A stretch of DNA of 64,000 nucleotides from Rhodospirillales bacterium. GTDB taxonomy: Bacteria > Pseudomonadota > Alphaproteobacteria > Bin95. This document shows, one piece after another, positions 52,294 through 63,346 of the stretch. How positions within the stretch are numbered: the first letter of the stretch is position 1; each line of letters begins with the position of its first letter. Location: positions 1,696,894-1,760,893 of the forward strand of contig JAYQLI010000035.1 in assembly GCA_038143065.1 (NCBI GenBank), written 5' to 3'. A model generated the notes under the pieces. That model was not told where the DNA came from and made no database searches. It was given only the letters and a program-made list of their open reading frames with translations. The position numbers and the translations under genes were made by a program.

Positions 52294-53409
52294 CTACGCA
52301 GCCTGTGGCAGGGCGCGCGAAATGCGCCCCTTGAATTTAGGAAGTACTCTTTCTGAAAAAATCCTAGCCGCCTTAGCGTGAGGATAGCCGGACAGGCAGA
52401 AACTTGAACAACCCGCTTCGACAAATTCGTCTAGCGTCGCTGCAACTTGGTCTGGATTTCCAACAACAGCGATACCAGCTCCAGCGCGCACCTTGGAAAT
52501 ACCTGCCCAAAGGTGCGGCGCAAGCATCATGTCTTCGCCGGATTCTTCTAGGAGTTTCCATACTTGTCTATTTGCTTCTGATGTCTTTCGAATACCTTCA
52601 ACGGCATCATTTTTGCCCCTCATATTAGCGAGGCGCATTCCATCGGCGCCAGCAACTAATTTCGCCGCATCGGCCCCCGCCTCATCCTCCGTCTCGGCGC
52701 AGACAATCTGCAAGCGCATGCCAAATTGAAGGACTTCCTCTCTTCCATATTTGCGAGCTCGAACCTTCAAATCTTCAATCTTTTTTGCAATACCGGATGG
52801 TCTATCACCCCAGAATAGGTGCACCGACGAGTGCTTTGCCGAAATCTCAAGGGCCTGCTCTGAAGCTCCTCCAAGAAAAAATGGAGGATGCGGCTGCTGA
52901 AGGGGCTTCGGCTCAATCGAAGCATCTACTTGATAGTGCTTTCCTTCAAATCCTATCGGCTCATTACTAGTCCAAAGCCTCTTCATGATTTGGACTTCTT
53001 CGTCCATTTTCTCGTAGCGAACTTCCTTCATATCGGGAATGCCATCCGCTTTAGTGTCATCATCATTGATGCCCGCAATCAAATTTACGCAAAGTCTTCC
53101 GCCCGAAATTTGGTCAAGTGTTGCAAACATTTTTGCTGAAAGAACAGGGTTGCAGTAGGCAGAGCGAAGGGCGATCAAGGGTGCTATATTCTTCGTGCGG
53201 GCAGCGTAGTAGGAGCCGACCACTGTCGCCTCCCAACAGGCAGCGTTTACAGGCATCAGCATGTAGCTGAAACCCGCTTCATCCACGACATCAACTATTT
53301 CATCAAAGAGTGCTCGGCTCTGTGGGATATGACCAGATGGGTCAGCCAGCCAGGTGCTGTCTCCACTGGTGGGCAAGAACCAGCCAAAAGTAATCGGGGT
53401 ATTCGACAT
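52294..53409 (-). CDS. LLM class flavin monooxygenase, SsuD (alkanesulfonate monooxygenase)-like
   Basis: FGWFLPTSGD, ATLDQISGGRL.VN, PLQQPHPPFFLGGAS, PHLWAG...RAGAGIAVVG.PDQVA, LSGYPH. Confidence 0.85.
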   Translation of the reverse strand: MSNTPITFGWFLPTSGDSTWLADPSGHIPQSRALFDEIVDVVDEAGFSYMLMPVNAACWEATVVGSYYAARTKNIAPLIALRSAYCNPVLSAKMFATLDQISGGRLCVNLIAGINDDDTKADGIPDMKEVRYEKMDEEVQIMKRLWTSNEPIGFEGKHYQVDASIEPKPLQQPHPPFFLGGASEQALEISAKHSSVHLFWGDRPSGIAKKIEDLKVRARKYGREEVLQFGMRLQIVCAETEDEAGADAAKLVAGADGMRLANMRGKNDAVEGIRKTSEANRQVWKLLEESGEDMMLAPHLWAGISKVRAGAGIAVVGNPDQVAATLDEFVEAGCSSFCLSGYPHAKAARIFSERVLPKFKGRISRALPQAA

Positions 53410-53738
53410 GGAGCATCTCCTCGCGCATATCATTTAAATGATTGCTGGATAAAGGTCCGCTGGCAATGCATCTTCACCTGCGTCTGGAATGAGAAATTTA
53501 TTGTAAAGAAATTTACACGCACCTCTTTATGTCCTTCCAAAATTTTTGTGCTGTGCATTTTGTCAACTAGATTGATTGACCAACGCCCAGTCTCTGACAT
53601 GATCTTAACGTTTGACCCCGTAAGTTTTCACGTTGCTATCGCGGGTACTATCAAACACTAGTTCAGGTGAATTGCGGCATTCCGGTAATAGGTAGCCAAA
53701 AATACACAGGTCAAAAACCAAACTGAGGGACCTAGGAC

Positions 53739-55272
53739 ATGGGCCGAAAAATTTTACTCGTAACCGCCGATCAACAAAGGCATGACGCGCTTGGTTGCAA
53801 TGGAGGAAAAATTGCTCGAACGCCTGTGATTGATGGTCTTGCTAGGGACGGAATAAACTATAAGCGCGCGCACAATCAAAACGTTGTCTGTATGCCAGCA
53901 CGTGCGACAATTATCTCCGGCCAACATGTTCGCACTCACGGAGTTCGTATGAATGGCATACCTCTTCCAGAAGATACGCCAGATATTGCTCGCCTTCTTA
54001 AGGAACAGGCGGGATATAAAACAGCCCTCATTGGTAAAGCTCATTTTGAACCGGCATCTGCTCCGGGAGCACCCTATTTCGAAAACTATGCCGCCTCCAA
54101 AAATCATAACGGTCCCCACAGAGGGTTTGATCGGATGGAACTATCTGGACATACAGGGAGGTCTGGACGCAGCCTCTTTCATTATCCCAAATGGTTGGAG
54201 GAAACTTCACCAGGCGCCGCTGAATCATTTCAAGAATATGTATCTCCTGAGAAGGAGATAAGTGGAAAACCAGGGGGAGATACTGGTGCAGTTCAGGTAT
54301 GGCACAATGCAGTTCCTAAGGAATTGTATCACACAAATTGGGTAGCCGAACGCACCATTAACTGGCTCGATAGTTTAGAGGCCGACGTGGATTGGTTTTG
54401 CTGGATGAGTTTTCCCGACCCACACCACCCATGGGATCCTCCGATTTCTGAAATCACACGCTGCAATTGGCGCGATCTTGAATTGCCGGATGCTTTTCCT
54501 GGAAGCGTTGAGGATACAATCAAGATATTGGAACAAAAACCTCGCCATTGGCTTGATTGGTACCTTGGCCATAAACAGTTTGCTTACGAGGTGCCAAAGA
54601 ATTTCGTCCCCGCTCAGATGAGCACAGACCAAATTCGCGAGGTAAACGCTATGTGTCATATTGAAAATGAACTGATCGATGAAGCCTTAGGACGAGTTCT
54701 TGGCCACATAAATGAGCGAGGTTGGGGCGAAGATGTAGATGTTATTTACACCGCTGACCATGGAGAATTTCAGGGTGACTTTGGCATGTTATTCAAGGGG
54801 CCTTATCACGTTGACGCTTTGATGCGTCTACCAATGATTTGGCGACCCGCTCCATCTGCCAAAATACCCTCAGCAATCATTAACCAACCAGTTGGGCATG
54901 TTGATATCGCGCGTACGATAGCTGATGTAGCAGGGGTTAAGGCTGACCCAAGAATGCAAGGTGCACCTTTGCCAACCTCATCCAGTAACGATCGCGAGCG
55001 TGTCATAACTGAGTGGGACGGCGGATATGCAGGCGAAAGCGTGACGCTCCGAACTCTGTGCCGAGACAATTATGTCCTAACAGTTTGTGAGCCCGGGTCA
55101 GTACATGATGGAAGTGAGGGCGAGCTCTATGACTTGGAAAACGATCCCAGACAATTCCATAATCTTTGGGATGACACATCGCGAGGAAACCTAAAGAGAT
55201 CTTATCGCCGACCTTTACGACAACCTTCCAGAAGTTCGTGATCCCCCACTCGATCAAGTAGCCTTAGTCTAA
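53739..55272 (+). CDS. Formylglycine-type sulfatase, C-terminal frameshift near 55195
   Basis: TADQQR, CMPAR signature, ALIGKAH, SFPDPHHP, TADHGE, ELYDLENDP; the shifted frame ends TAA 55272. Confidence 0.9.
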
Positions 55273-55343
55273 AACAGACTACAAATTAGACATTTCTGCA
55301 TTAACTTGGTTCAATTTTGAGGCGTTGATAGCAAGATAATCCA

Positions 55344-55745
55344 ATGGACCTGAATGACGACCTTCCAACCCTCGACGACATACACGACACTCTAATGTTT
55401 GTCTGGCAAACGTTCTTCGATCAACTTGAAGAGCTTTGGCATGACAAACCTGGAAGCGATCTTGAAACACACTGGGATGGAGAAGCTATCCGGATGCGCT
55501 ACAGACTATTACCGGATACAGGGGCCGGTGATACGGAGTTGGTGGAATTGCAAATCGGTAATGAAAGTTCAGATTTTTTGACAAGAGGCATTTTTACGAC
55601 AGCTTCCTCTGACCCAACTAACGATCACGCCGGAAAAACTGTGCAATGGACTTCAAGTGGAGATTATGAGGCCTTCATCGCCTGGATGGTGCCTTGGGTC
55701 TCAAAGGTAATTAATGAAGGTCACGGATGGATAGAGGCGCCTTAG
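55344..55745 (+). CDS. Hypothetical acidic protein
   Basis: 133-aa ORF filling an intergenic gap; no recognisable motif. Confidence 0.55.
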   Translation: MDLNDDLPTLDDIHDTLMFVWQTFFDQLEELWHDKPGSDLETHWDGEAIRMRYRLLPDTGAGDTELVELQIGNESSDFLTRGIFTTASSDPTNDHAGKTVQWTSSGDYEAFIAWMVPWVSKVINEGHGWIEAP

Positions 55746-55872
55746 TTTTCGCCAATAAAATTCCAAAATGGCAGCAAAAACGTAAAAACTTTGCTGTGAT
55801 ATTTGACATTCTTAAACAACAAGATGCTTAATCAAATAAAGTATTCTTGCCTTGTAAAAAAGTCGCCTCTTT

Positions 55873-57612
55873 ATGAAAAGCAAATTTAAAAAATTTACAA
55901 AAATCACAATTATTTCATCTTTTTCTGCAATTTTATTGGCAAGCTGTGCCGAAAATCGAAGCAGTTACATATCCTTATTAAGTGATAGCAGGGAAAGAAA
56001 TCTGTCGACTTTTGATAGAGCATCAAAGGCAATATCGAAAGGGCAGTATGGAGATGCATCAAGGATACTCAACCAAAATTTATTGGCTAACGTAGTAGAT
56101 GCGCGCCTACACTTTTTGAATGGACTTTCGTACCACCTTCAAGCTTATCGAGGAAACTTTAACAACCTCCTGCTCGCTCAACACGGCTACAGGGTGGCAC
56201 TGCGTCTAGATCCATATAACGCTCTCTATTTACGACAAATGAGCATACTTGAAGAGCAGTTAGGGGATTTTCAAAGTGCATTGCGTTATCAGGCGGAAGC
56301 TGCAGTACTAAAACCCAACTCCATATTAGATAGAAAACTTACTGCAAGATCTGCCTATCTTTCTGGATCATTTGAAGAGGCTCTAATTCTTTTTGAGTCT
56401 TTTCTCACAGACACTCCCGATGATGCAGAAGCACTTAGCGGAGCAGCAATTTCGGCAGCTGCATCAGGGGATGCTGTCCGCGCGGAAGCACATTTAAAAG
56501 CTCTTTCAAGCATTGGCAAACAATCAGAGGATTTTGCTCTTTTGAGGGAGAGGGTAGAAACTTGGAGTAATTACCGGAAAGTCGGTCGAGCAATTTTGCA
56601 GCAGGCGGGGAAACAAAAGAAAATGTAAAAACCGATACCAAGGACAGTACCCCTGAAACTATTGTTTTTGATATCATGTTTATTGAATTGTCGCGGTCAG
56701 TAGCTACGCGCAGGGGGGTTAATTTATTTGAAGGACTAGCTTTTACGCTTGGCCAAGACCCAGCAGGAACATCAGCGCTCTCTAGAATTGCAGAACAAGT
56801 AGATACTAGAGGAACTCTGACAGAGACTATAACTACAGCAATAAGTATTCCCGCAATAACCTACTCACTAAATATTTTTAATTCGGCCGAGTCAAAGGCT
56901 GAAATCGTAAGCAATCCATCTTTGGTCGCTACGGTTGGTAAAGAGTCAGTATTGTTTTCAGGACTTCAAATGGTCGCTGCTGAGACCTCTGGCGTCGATT
57001 CAAACACAATTCAAGTGGATCAGGAAATAGGTTTAAAACTGACGCTAAAGCCAGAAATTTTAGAGAATGGTAAGATTTCCCTTGAACTGGGCGTCGAAAA
57101 TTCCAGGCTATCTGCACCAAACACTGATATCATTACATTCCGCCTACGCGTGGACGTGGCCAAAACAACTGCGAATGTCCACGCCAATCTGGATTTTGAT
57201 CAAACTTTAGTTATCGGTGGTTTAAATCAACGATCTGAGTCTGTCTCATCGAGCGGCACACCATTATTAGGTGATGCACCAGTTGTAGACACCGTATTTT
57301 CACACCGTGCGAGGAATAAATTTGAGAACTCAGTTGTTATCCTAGTCACGCCAAGAGCTACCGAGACTTTAAAAAGAGCGTGAGAATATAGGGGCAACTA
57401 ATACTGCGAAAATCAAAACGTCAGAAATATTACTTGATGGCTACCTTAAGGCGATCGGTGCTAGGCCAGAAACATACAAAAAGGATACGTCCTCCCTTCA
57501 GGCGGAAGATATGCGCATGATCAGAGTGCGCGACCTGCCGAAATCAACCTGGTGGAGGCAAGAGGAACTGGAAAAAATTATAGATAAGGCGCGTGAAACT
57601 GAAACTCGTTAG
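55873..57612 (+). CDS. TPR-lipoprotein fused to a secretin (type II/III secretion family) domain, split by probable frameshifts (~56580-56620, ~57373)
   Basis: Lipobox LASC and TPR-like helices in ORF 55873-56628. Secretin motifs in ORF 56676-57383 (IVSNPSLVA..GKES, IGLKLTLKPEI, QTLVIGGL, GTPLLGDAPVV..VFS, VILVTP). The secretin frame is open from 56571, and an 80-codon +1 frame runs to 57612. Confidence 0.72.
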
Positions 57613-57765
57613 TGGATTAGATAGGTTCAAACGCTAACAAGCCTTGAAATCGTATTGCTTGAGGGCCCTACAAGCGAAAAATCATGTTTAATATGTTGCA
57701 TCGCAGCATCGAATGCATATAGTCCGGTCTTCAATTCTCCCCGCACGTAAATATTTGGAATAGCT

Positions 57766-59361
57766 TTGCTTAAGCAATCATTCGCAGCAGCAACTCCCAG
57801 TTCGCTGCTTGGCATGGGCCGTGTGTCGCCCAATCTTTTAAAAACTGAAATCTTAGCGGGGCTTACGGTAGCTTTAGCCCTTGTTCCTGAGGCTGTCGCA
57901 TTCGCTTTTGTAGCGGGCGTCCATCCGCTTGTAGGCCTATACGCAGCTTTCATAGTTGGCCTGATAACAGCATTAATTGGTGGGCGCCCTGGCGTGATCT
58001 CGGGAGCAACTGGCGCATTAGCTGTTGTAATGGTTTCCCTAGTAGCTGAGCACGGCGTCCAATATCTTTTCGCAACAGTCGTTCTAATGGGATTAATCCA
58101 GATAGCAGCCGGCTTGTTGCGACTTGGAAAGTTCATCAGGCTTGTTCCTCATCCCGTGATGCTTGGCTTCGTCAATGGACTGGCAATAGTCATTTTCCTA
58201 GCGCAGCTGACCCAGTTCCAAATACACAGTTCCGACGGCAGTAATGCTCAATGGATGTCCGGAATGCCTCTTTACGCGATGTTAGCCCTGACTGGGCTTA
58301 CAATGGCTGTAATATGGATTATCCCAAAGTTTACATCAGTAATCCCAGCGCCACTGGCGGGGATTGTAGTCGTGGTTGCGATCGTAATGATCTTTGGGAT
58401 TGATGTGCCGCGCGTGGGAGACTTGGCGTCGATAAAAGGCAACTTACCTGAGTTTGCATTGCCTATTGTGCCAATGAATTTGGAAACATTTAAAATCATC
58501 CTGCCATACGCTGTAATATTGGCCGCTATTGGGCTTATTGAGAGCCTGCTCACCCTGAACTTAGTTGGAGAAATCACCGAAAAACGTGGCGGCGCTTCTA
58601 AGGAGTGTGTGGCTCAAGGGTTAGCCAACACAGTCACCGGTTTCTTTGGTGGCATGGGTGGCTGCGCCATGATTGGTCAGTCCATGATCAATGTTAAATC
58701 AGGCGGGCGCACGCGCCTCTCAGGTATAACTGCGGCAGTATTTCTGCTGGCATTTATCCTCATCGGATCTGAACTGATCGAACAAATTCCTCTGGCTGCA
58801 CTTGTTGGCGTTATGTTCATGGTCGTAATCGGCACCTTCGCGTGGCGAAGCCTCAAAATAATTCGCAAAATTCCCTTCACAGATGCTGTTGTAATGCTGC
58901 TTGTCACAGTAACAACCGTCATGACTGACCTGGCCGTCGCGGTGGTCGTAGGCGTGATTGTCTCTGCACTTGCTTACGCTTGGAATAACGCAACCCGTAT
59001 TCGCGCCGTGGTCAGAACATCCCCTGAGGGAGCGAAGGTGTATGAAATCGAAGGTCCATTATTTTTTGGATCTACCGATGGCTTCGCAGAACTCTTCCAA
59101 CCGAAAGGCGACCCAGCAGCAGTCACCGTAGATTTTCTCAAAAGTCGTATTGTGGACCAATCTGCTTTGCAGGCAATTGAAACGCTTGCAGAAAAGTATG
59201 AGGCGGAGGGGAAACAGTTGACATTGCGCCACCTCTCTCGTGACTGTCATCGATTGTTGAACCGCGCGGGGCAACTAGTCGTCGAAGGTGACGATGATCC
59301 AGAATATGGGCTAGCCGTTGACTACTCCGTTAGGACAGGAATTTTGGGAACGGGGCATTAA
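57766..59361 (+). CDS. SulP family inorganic anion transporter with STAS domain
   Basis: LAGLTVALALVPEAVAF, GGRPGVISGATGA, GGMGGCAMIGQS, YEIEGPLFFGS. Confidence 0.94.
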   Translation: MLKQSFAAATPSSLLGMGRVSPNLLKTEILAGLTVALALVPEAVAFAFVAGVHPLVGLYAAFIVGLITALIGGRPGVISGATGALAVVMVSLVAEHGVQYLFATVVLMGLIQIAAGLLRLGKFIRLVPHPVMLGFVNGLAIVIFLAQLTQFQIHSSDGSNAQWMSGMPLYAMLALTGLTMAVIWIIPKFTSVIPAPLAGIVVVVAIVMIFGIDVPRVGDLASIKGNLPEFALPIVPMNLETFKIILPYAVILAAIGLIESLLTLNLVGEITEKRGGASKECVAQGLANTVTGFFGGMGGCAMIGQSMINVKSGGRTRLSGITAAVFLLAFILIGSELIEQIPLAALVGVMFMVVIGTFAWRSLKIIRKIPFTDAVVMLLVTVTTVMTDLAVAVVVGVIVSALAYAWNNATRIRAVVRTSPEGAKVYEIEGPLFFGSTDGFAELFQPKGDPAAVTVDFLKSRIVDQSALQAIETLAEKYEAEGKQLTLRHLSRDCHRLLNRAGQLVVEGDDDPEYGLAVDYSVRTGILGTGH

Positions 59362-59431
59362 CCTGTCGTAATGGGCTGGTCGCCGCAGAGCTTAATATGC
59401 AATCTTAGCTTTCCCCCTCTGGAGAGTTTTG

Positions 59432-60553
59432 ATGGCTAAGATCACTGAAGTATCGGCAGCTCTTGTTCGCGTTCCTTTAGATAACCCAACATCGTTTTCA
59501 ACGCGGCGCGTTCTAGCTCGAGATTTCATATTAACTCGCGTTGCCGCCGATGATGGCCATGTGGGCATTGGTTTTACTTATGGTGGCAGCTAAGGAGGTT
59601 CGATTACTACTGAGGCAGTGCGCACGCTCCTTCGCCCTGTTCTTTTAGGAGAGGACCCATTCAGAGTAGAGGGCCTTTGGGAAGATATGTACCAGGAAGC
59701 TCTACTTCAGGGCCGAACGGGTTCAGCGATGAGGGCATTGAGCGCTCTGGATATCGCCCTTTGGGACCGCAACGCGCGCGCTGCAAACCTCCCTCTCTAC
59801 AATATGCTTGGAGGTAAAGCTAAAGGGTCGGTTAAAGCTTATGCGAGCGGCGGCTATTATCTTGAAGGCAAGACGCCATCGATGCTTGGCGAAGAACTGG
59901 CCGGCTACCTGGAAATGGGATTTGACGCGGTCAAGATTAAAGTAGGCCGGTTAGGACTAAGCAAGGAAAGGGATAGAATAGCCGCTGCGCGAGAAGCTAT
60001 CGGCGATGACACAGCTTTGATGCTAGATTGCAACAACGGCTGGCGAGAGCTTGAAACTGCGTTGCGCTACATGCGCGTTTTTGAGCCTTACAATCCTTAC
60101 TGGATTGAAGAGCCATTCTTGCCGGACGATCTAAACAGTCATGCAGAATTAGCAAAGCGAACACCTGTGCCAGTCGCTACAGGAGAAATTGAATCTGGCC
60201 GTTGGCGGTTTAAGCAAATTATCGATCAAGGTGCAGCAATGATCCTGCAGCCCGATGCCGTCTGCTGTGGCGGCATAACCGAGTTCCGCAGGATTGCTCA
60301 AATGGCTGCGGCTGCGGGTGTTTCAGTTTGCCCGCACGCTTACCATGAGATGCACATTCACCTCTCAGCAAGCCTGCCCAATGTTCCTTACTCCGAGTGC
60401 TTCACTGATGATCAAGTCGTAAATTTCCGCAATCTTATTGACCATCAAATTGAAATCCGAGACGGACAACTCATCCTGCCTGACAAACCCGGCATTGGTT
60501 TCGACTACCTCCCTGATGCGGTAACAAAATTTGCAGTTGAGGATTGGGCTTAG
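59432..60553 (+). CDS. Mandelate racemase/muconate lactonising enzyme family, in-frame TAA at 59591-59593
   Basis: ATG 59432 (MAKITEV...) is in frame with ORF 59618-60553; SALDIALWD, KIKVG, MLDCN, WIEEP, ATGE, QPD. Confidence 0.88.
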
Positions 60554-60616
60554 CGGTCCAAGTCTCAGGATAGGGCCAAGACTCGTAAGGAGAGGGTGGA
60601 AGACATTCAAATGGCA

Positions 60617-61396
60617 TTAATTTGGTCGTACAGCACTTGGCCAGTCTTCGAGAAAATCAGTCGGTGATGGACCAAATTCCTTCTTAAAGGCGAATGTAAA
60701 AGCACTTGGGCTCTCATACCCGCATTTGCTAGCAACCTCTTTGATTGAGTGGTTACTGCCTAAAAGCTCAAAGGCTTTGGAAAATCGAACCCGCCGGCGC
60801 CAGACAGAAAATGTCATACCCAAATCAGTCTTGCAGAGACGAGCGAGCGTCTTGGGCGAGGCGCCTGTTCGTTCTGACAATTCTTCCAGAGACATTACTG
60901 TGGAGGGATCAGCCAGCAACTGCTGACAGACTTTTTGAAGCCTTGCATCGCGTGGCAGGGGAATATTAAGAGGTAGGGCCGTAGCGCTAGCCAATTCAGT
61001 TGTTATGAGTTCTGCAATCTGCTCTGCTCGGCGATTACCAGAAAAGTCCATTGGCTCACCGGCAAGTGCCGTGATCAACTCCCGCAATAATGGGCTAACC
61101 ATCAGCACTTTAATTTCTGAAGAGCTAGATGATGCGATGTAAAGGGTCCTCATCTCTACATCACCACAAATTTCAATACTGTGCTCAATACCGGCTGGCA
61201 CCAGAAGAGCGCGATCGGGAGGAACAACCCAAGCATCCTCAGATGTGCCAATCCTCATTACCCCTGAAACGGCGTAGATGAGTTGATCTCGCAGATGCTG
61301 ATGCGGGTCAATGACAAAACCATCATTAAAGCGCTTTGCCATCACGGCTAAACTCTGAGGAAGTTCTTGATAATCACGCGGGTCTATACTGCGCAT
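60617..61396 (-). CDS. AraC family regulator (cupin + HTH)
   Basis: HQHLRDQLIYA..G...WVVPP.RA, LPRDARL, GYESPSAF..AFK. Confidence 0.92.
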   Translation of the reverse strand: MRSIDPRDYQELPQSLAVMAKRFNDGFVIDPHQHLRDQLIYAVSGVMRIGTSEDAWVVPPDRALLVPAGIEHSIEICGDVEMRTLYIASSSSSEIKVLMVSPLLRELITALAGEPMDFSGNRRAEQIAELITTELASATALPLNIPLPRDARLQKVCQQLLADPSTVMSLEELSERTGASPKTLARLCKTDLGMTFSVWRRRVRFSKAFELLGSNHSIKEVASKCGYESPSAFTFAFKKEFGPSPTDFLEDWPSAVRPN

Positions 61397-61409
61397 GGTA
61401 TATTTTACC

Positions 61410-61451
61410 GATTTTTGTCCGTTTCTCGACGATATATGTCCTTACATCGAC
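61410..61451. promoter_or_regulatory. Tandem 21-bp direct repeat, probable AraC-family operator
   Basis: GATTTTTGTCCGTTTCTCGAC / GATATATGTCCTTACATCGAC (15/21 identical) between the divergent AraC and MFS genes. Confidence 0.7.
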
Positions 61452-61494
61452 AGTGCACCTGTTGCAATCTATCCAAAACAGTTGTGAGGCCAAG

Positions 61495-62724
61495 ATGGTT
61501 ACCCGCGATACCAAGTATTTTCTGCTTTTGAATGTAGGTCACTTTCTAGACCATTATTTCATGCTGATATTTGCAACCGTTGCAGCGCTAGCGCTGACTT
61601 CAGGCTGGGGCATGAGCTATGCAGAACTATTGGTATACGGAACGCCTGGTTTTACTGCCTTTGCCTTGTGCTCGCTTCCAATGGGAATGCTTGCAGATCG
61701 CTACGGCAGAGACCGAATGATGGTGGTTTTCTTTATTGGTATTGGCGTATCTTCGATACTTACTGGCTTTGCTCAGACGCCGCTTCAAATGGGAGCGGGA
61801 CTACTTTGCATTGGTATTTTTGGCGCAATTTACCATCCAGTTGGCCTCGCCATAGTCACAGCGCGCTGGAAGAAGACCGGTATGCGCCTAGCCGTCAACG
61901 GGATATGGGGCAATCTCGGCGTTGGCTGTGCTGCTTTAGTAACTGGGATAATGATTGACCTGGCCGGCTGGCGTTCTGCCTTTTTCGTGCCAGGCGTGAT
62001 TTCTATTTTGTTTGCTCTTCCATATTGGGCTGTCTCCCGCGAGATCGAGGCCTTGGCCGTAGCCCCCACTGGCGGCGCAGCAGCAACAAAGCCTGCCTAT
62101 TATGGCCCCATGTGGCGGGTGTTATTGTGCGTCTACATGACGGCCGTACTTGGCAGCATAGTCTTTCAATCGAGCACTGTCGCACTGCCAGAAATCTTTG
62201 AGGAGCGGCTCGTAGGACTGGCCGATAGGATCGCTACAATCTTCGCATCCCTTAAGATGGAGTCAGCATCGGTCATCGGAGCCTTAGCATTTTTAGTATT
62301 TGCCGCCGCATCTCTTGCACAACTAGTAACCGGTTATCTACTTGACCGTGTAGGGGCAAGGCCAACACTAGCTCTCGTTACCGTCGTACAAATAATCACA
62401 TTATTGATGATGCCAGGCCTAACTGACCTTGCCGTCTTAGCCGTAGCTTTGGGAGTTATGTTGGGCGTATTTGGCCAAGTGCCGGTGAACGACTTCCTAA
62501 TTGGAACCACTGCCTCACAGCAATCTCGCTCGCGCGCCTTCGGCTTCCGTTACATGGTGAGCTTTCTGGCATTCTCAGGAGCCTTGCCACTCATAGCTAT
62601 TGTTCAATCCAATTGGGGTTTTGACGGATTGTTCTATGTGCTGATGACTTGCGCCTTGGTGATACTCTTGGGCAGTCGAGTTCTGCTGTCTAACCCCTCT
62701 CATGCAGCAAAAGCCACCTCATAA
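61495..62724 (+). CDS. MFS transporter (fosmidomycin-resistance-like)
   Basis: LNVGHFLDH, GMLADRYG, AIYHPVG, NGIWGNLG; start at ATG 61495. Confidence 0.9.
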   Translation: MVTRDTKYFLLLNVGHFLDHYFMLIFATVAALALTSGWGMSYAELLVYGTPGFTAFALCSLPMGMLADRYGRDRMMVVFFIGIGVSSILTGFAQTPLQMGAGLLCIGIFGAIYHPVGLAIVTARWKKTGMRLAVNGIWGNLGVGCAALVTGIMIDLAGWRSAFFVPGVISILFALPYWAVSREIEALAVAPTGGAAATKPAYYGPMWRVLLCVYMTAVLGSIVFQSSTVALPEIFEERLVGLADRIATIFASLKMESASVIGALAFLVFAAASLAQLVTGYLLDRVGARPTLALVTVVQIITLLMMPGLTDLAVLAVALGVMLGVFGQVPVNDFLIGTTASQQSRSRAFGFRYMVSFLAFSGALPLIAIVQSNWGFDGLFYVLMTCALVILLGSRVLLSNPSHAAKATS

Positions 62725-62751
62725 GTTTCTGAGTTGTATGGATCCAAGGTC

Positions 62752-63210
62752 TTATTCGACTTCCGCCCAAAACATGAGCATTACGCAAGCATCCAGGGGC
62801 ATATCAGCTATACCCAAGGAGGTTCGAGTGTGGCGACCACGAGGGCCAAACACGTCATTAATCAAGTCAGATGCACCATTAAGAACTTGAGGGTGACCGC
62901 GATACCCGGGCGCACAGTGAACGCAACCTTCAATCCTGACAATTTGTCGTACTTTTTCTAAATCACCCGTCGCAGCTTGCAGCTGTGCAATACCGTTGAG
63001 AGCAGATAGGCGAGCAGCTTGATAACCATCTTCGTCACTAACATTCTCACCCAATCGACCCGGGTAGTGTAAGACGCCTTCAACCCATGCAACCTGACCA
63101 GAAGTCATAACTAAATTGCCTGTGCGTACCCAAGCCTCATAATTTCCAACACCCTTTGGGGCTTCCGGCAGGGAGAGGCCGAGGCGAGCAAGGTTTTCTA
63201 AAGCAGTTAT
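62752..63210 (-). CDS. RidA family protein (Atu1372-like)
   Basis: The frame extends upstream of the called ORF (LARLGLSLPEAPKGVGNY...GNLVMTSGQ); HPQVLNGASDL...GRHTRTSLG. The start codon reads ATA, so the start is uncertain. Confidence 0.82.
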   Translation of the reverse strand: MTALENLARLGLSLPEAPKGVGNYEAWVRTGNLVMTSGQVAWVEGVLHYPGRLGENVSDEDGYQAARLSALNGIAQLQAATGDLEKVRQIVRIEGCVHCAPGYRGHPQVLNGASDLINDVFGPRGRHTRTSLGIADMPLDACVMLMFWAEVE

Positions 63211-63346
63211 GATGCTGTGTTTCTTTCTCTGTGCGCAACGGGTGAAGTAAGCTGTCCACTCAAGCCACTTAAGACAATTAATTTTAGCTGGGTGGGCCTA
63301 AAGGGGTAATCGAACAAGTGTTTTGAACCAATAGACAGCGTTCAGT

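Noticed and set aside
8905-57612. Programmed ribosomal frameshifting at the many split genes
   Set aside because: The breaks hit unrelated metabolic genes at short homopolymers with no shared slippery site; consistent with sequencing indels.
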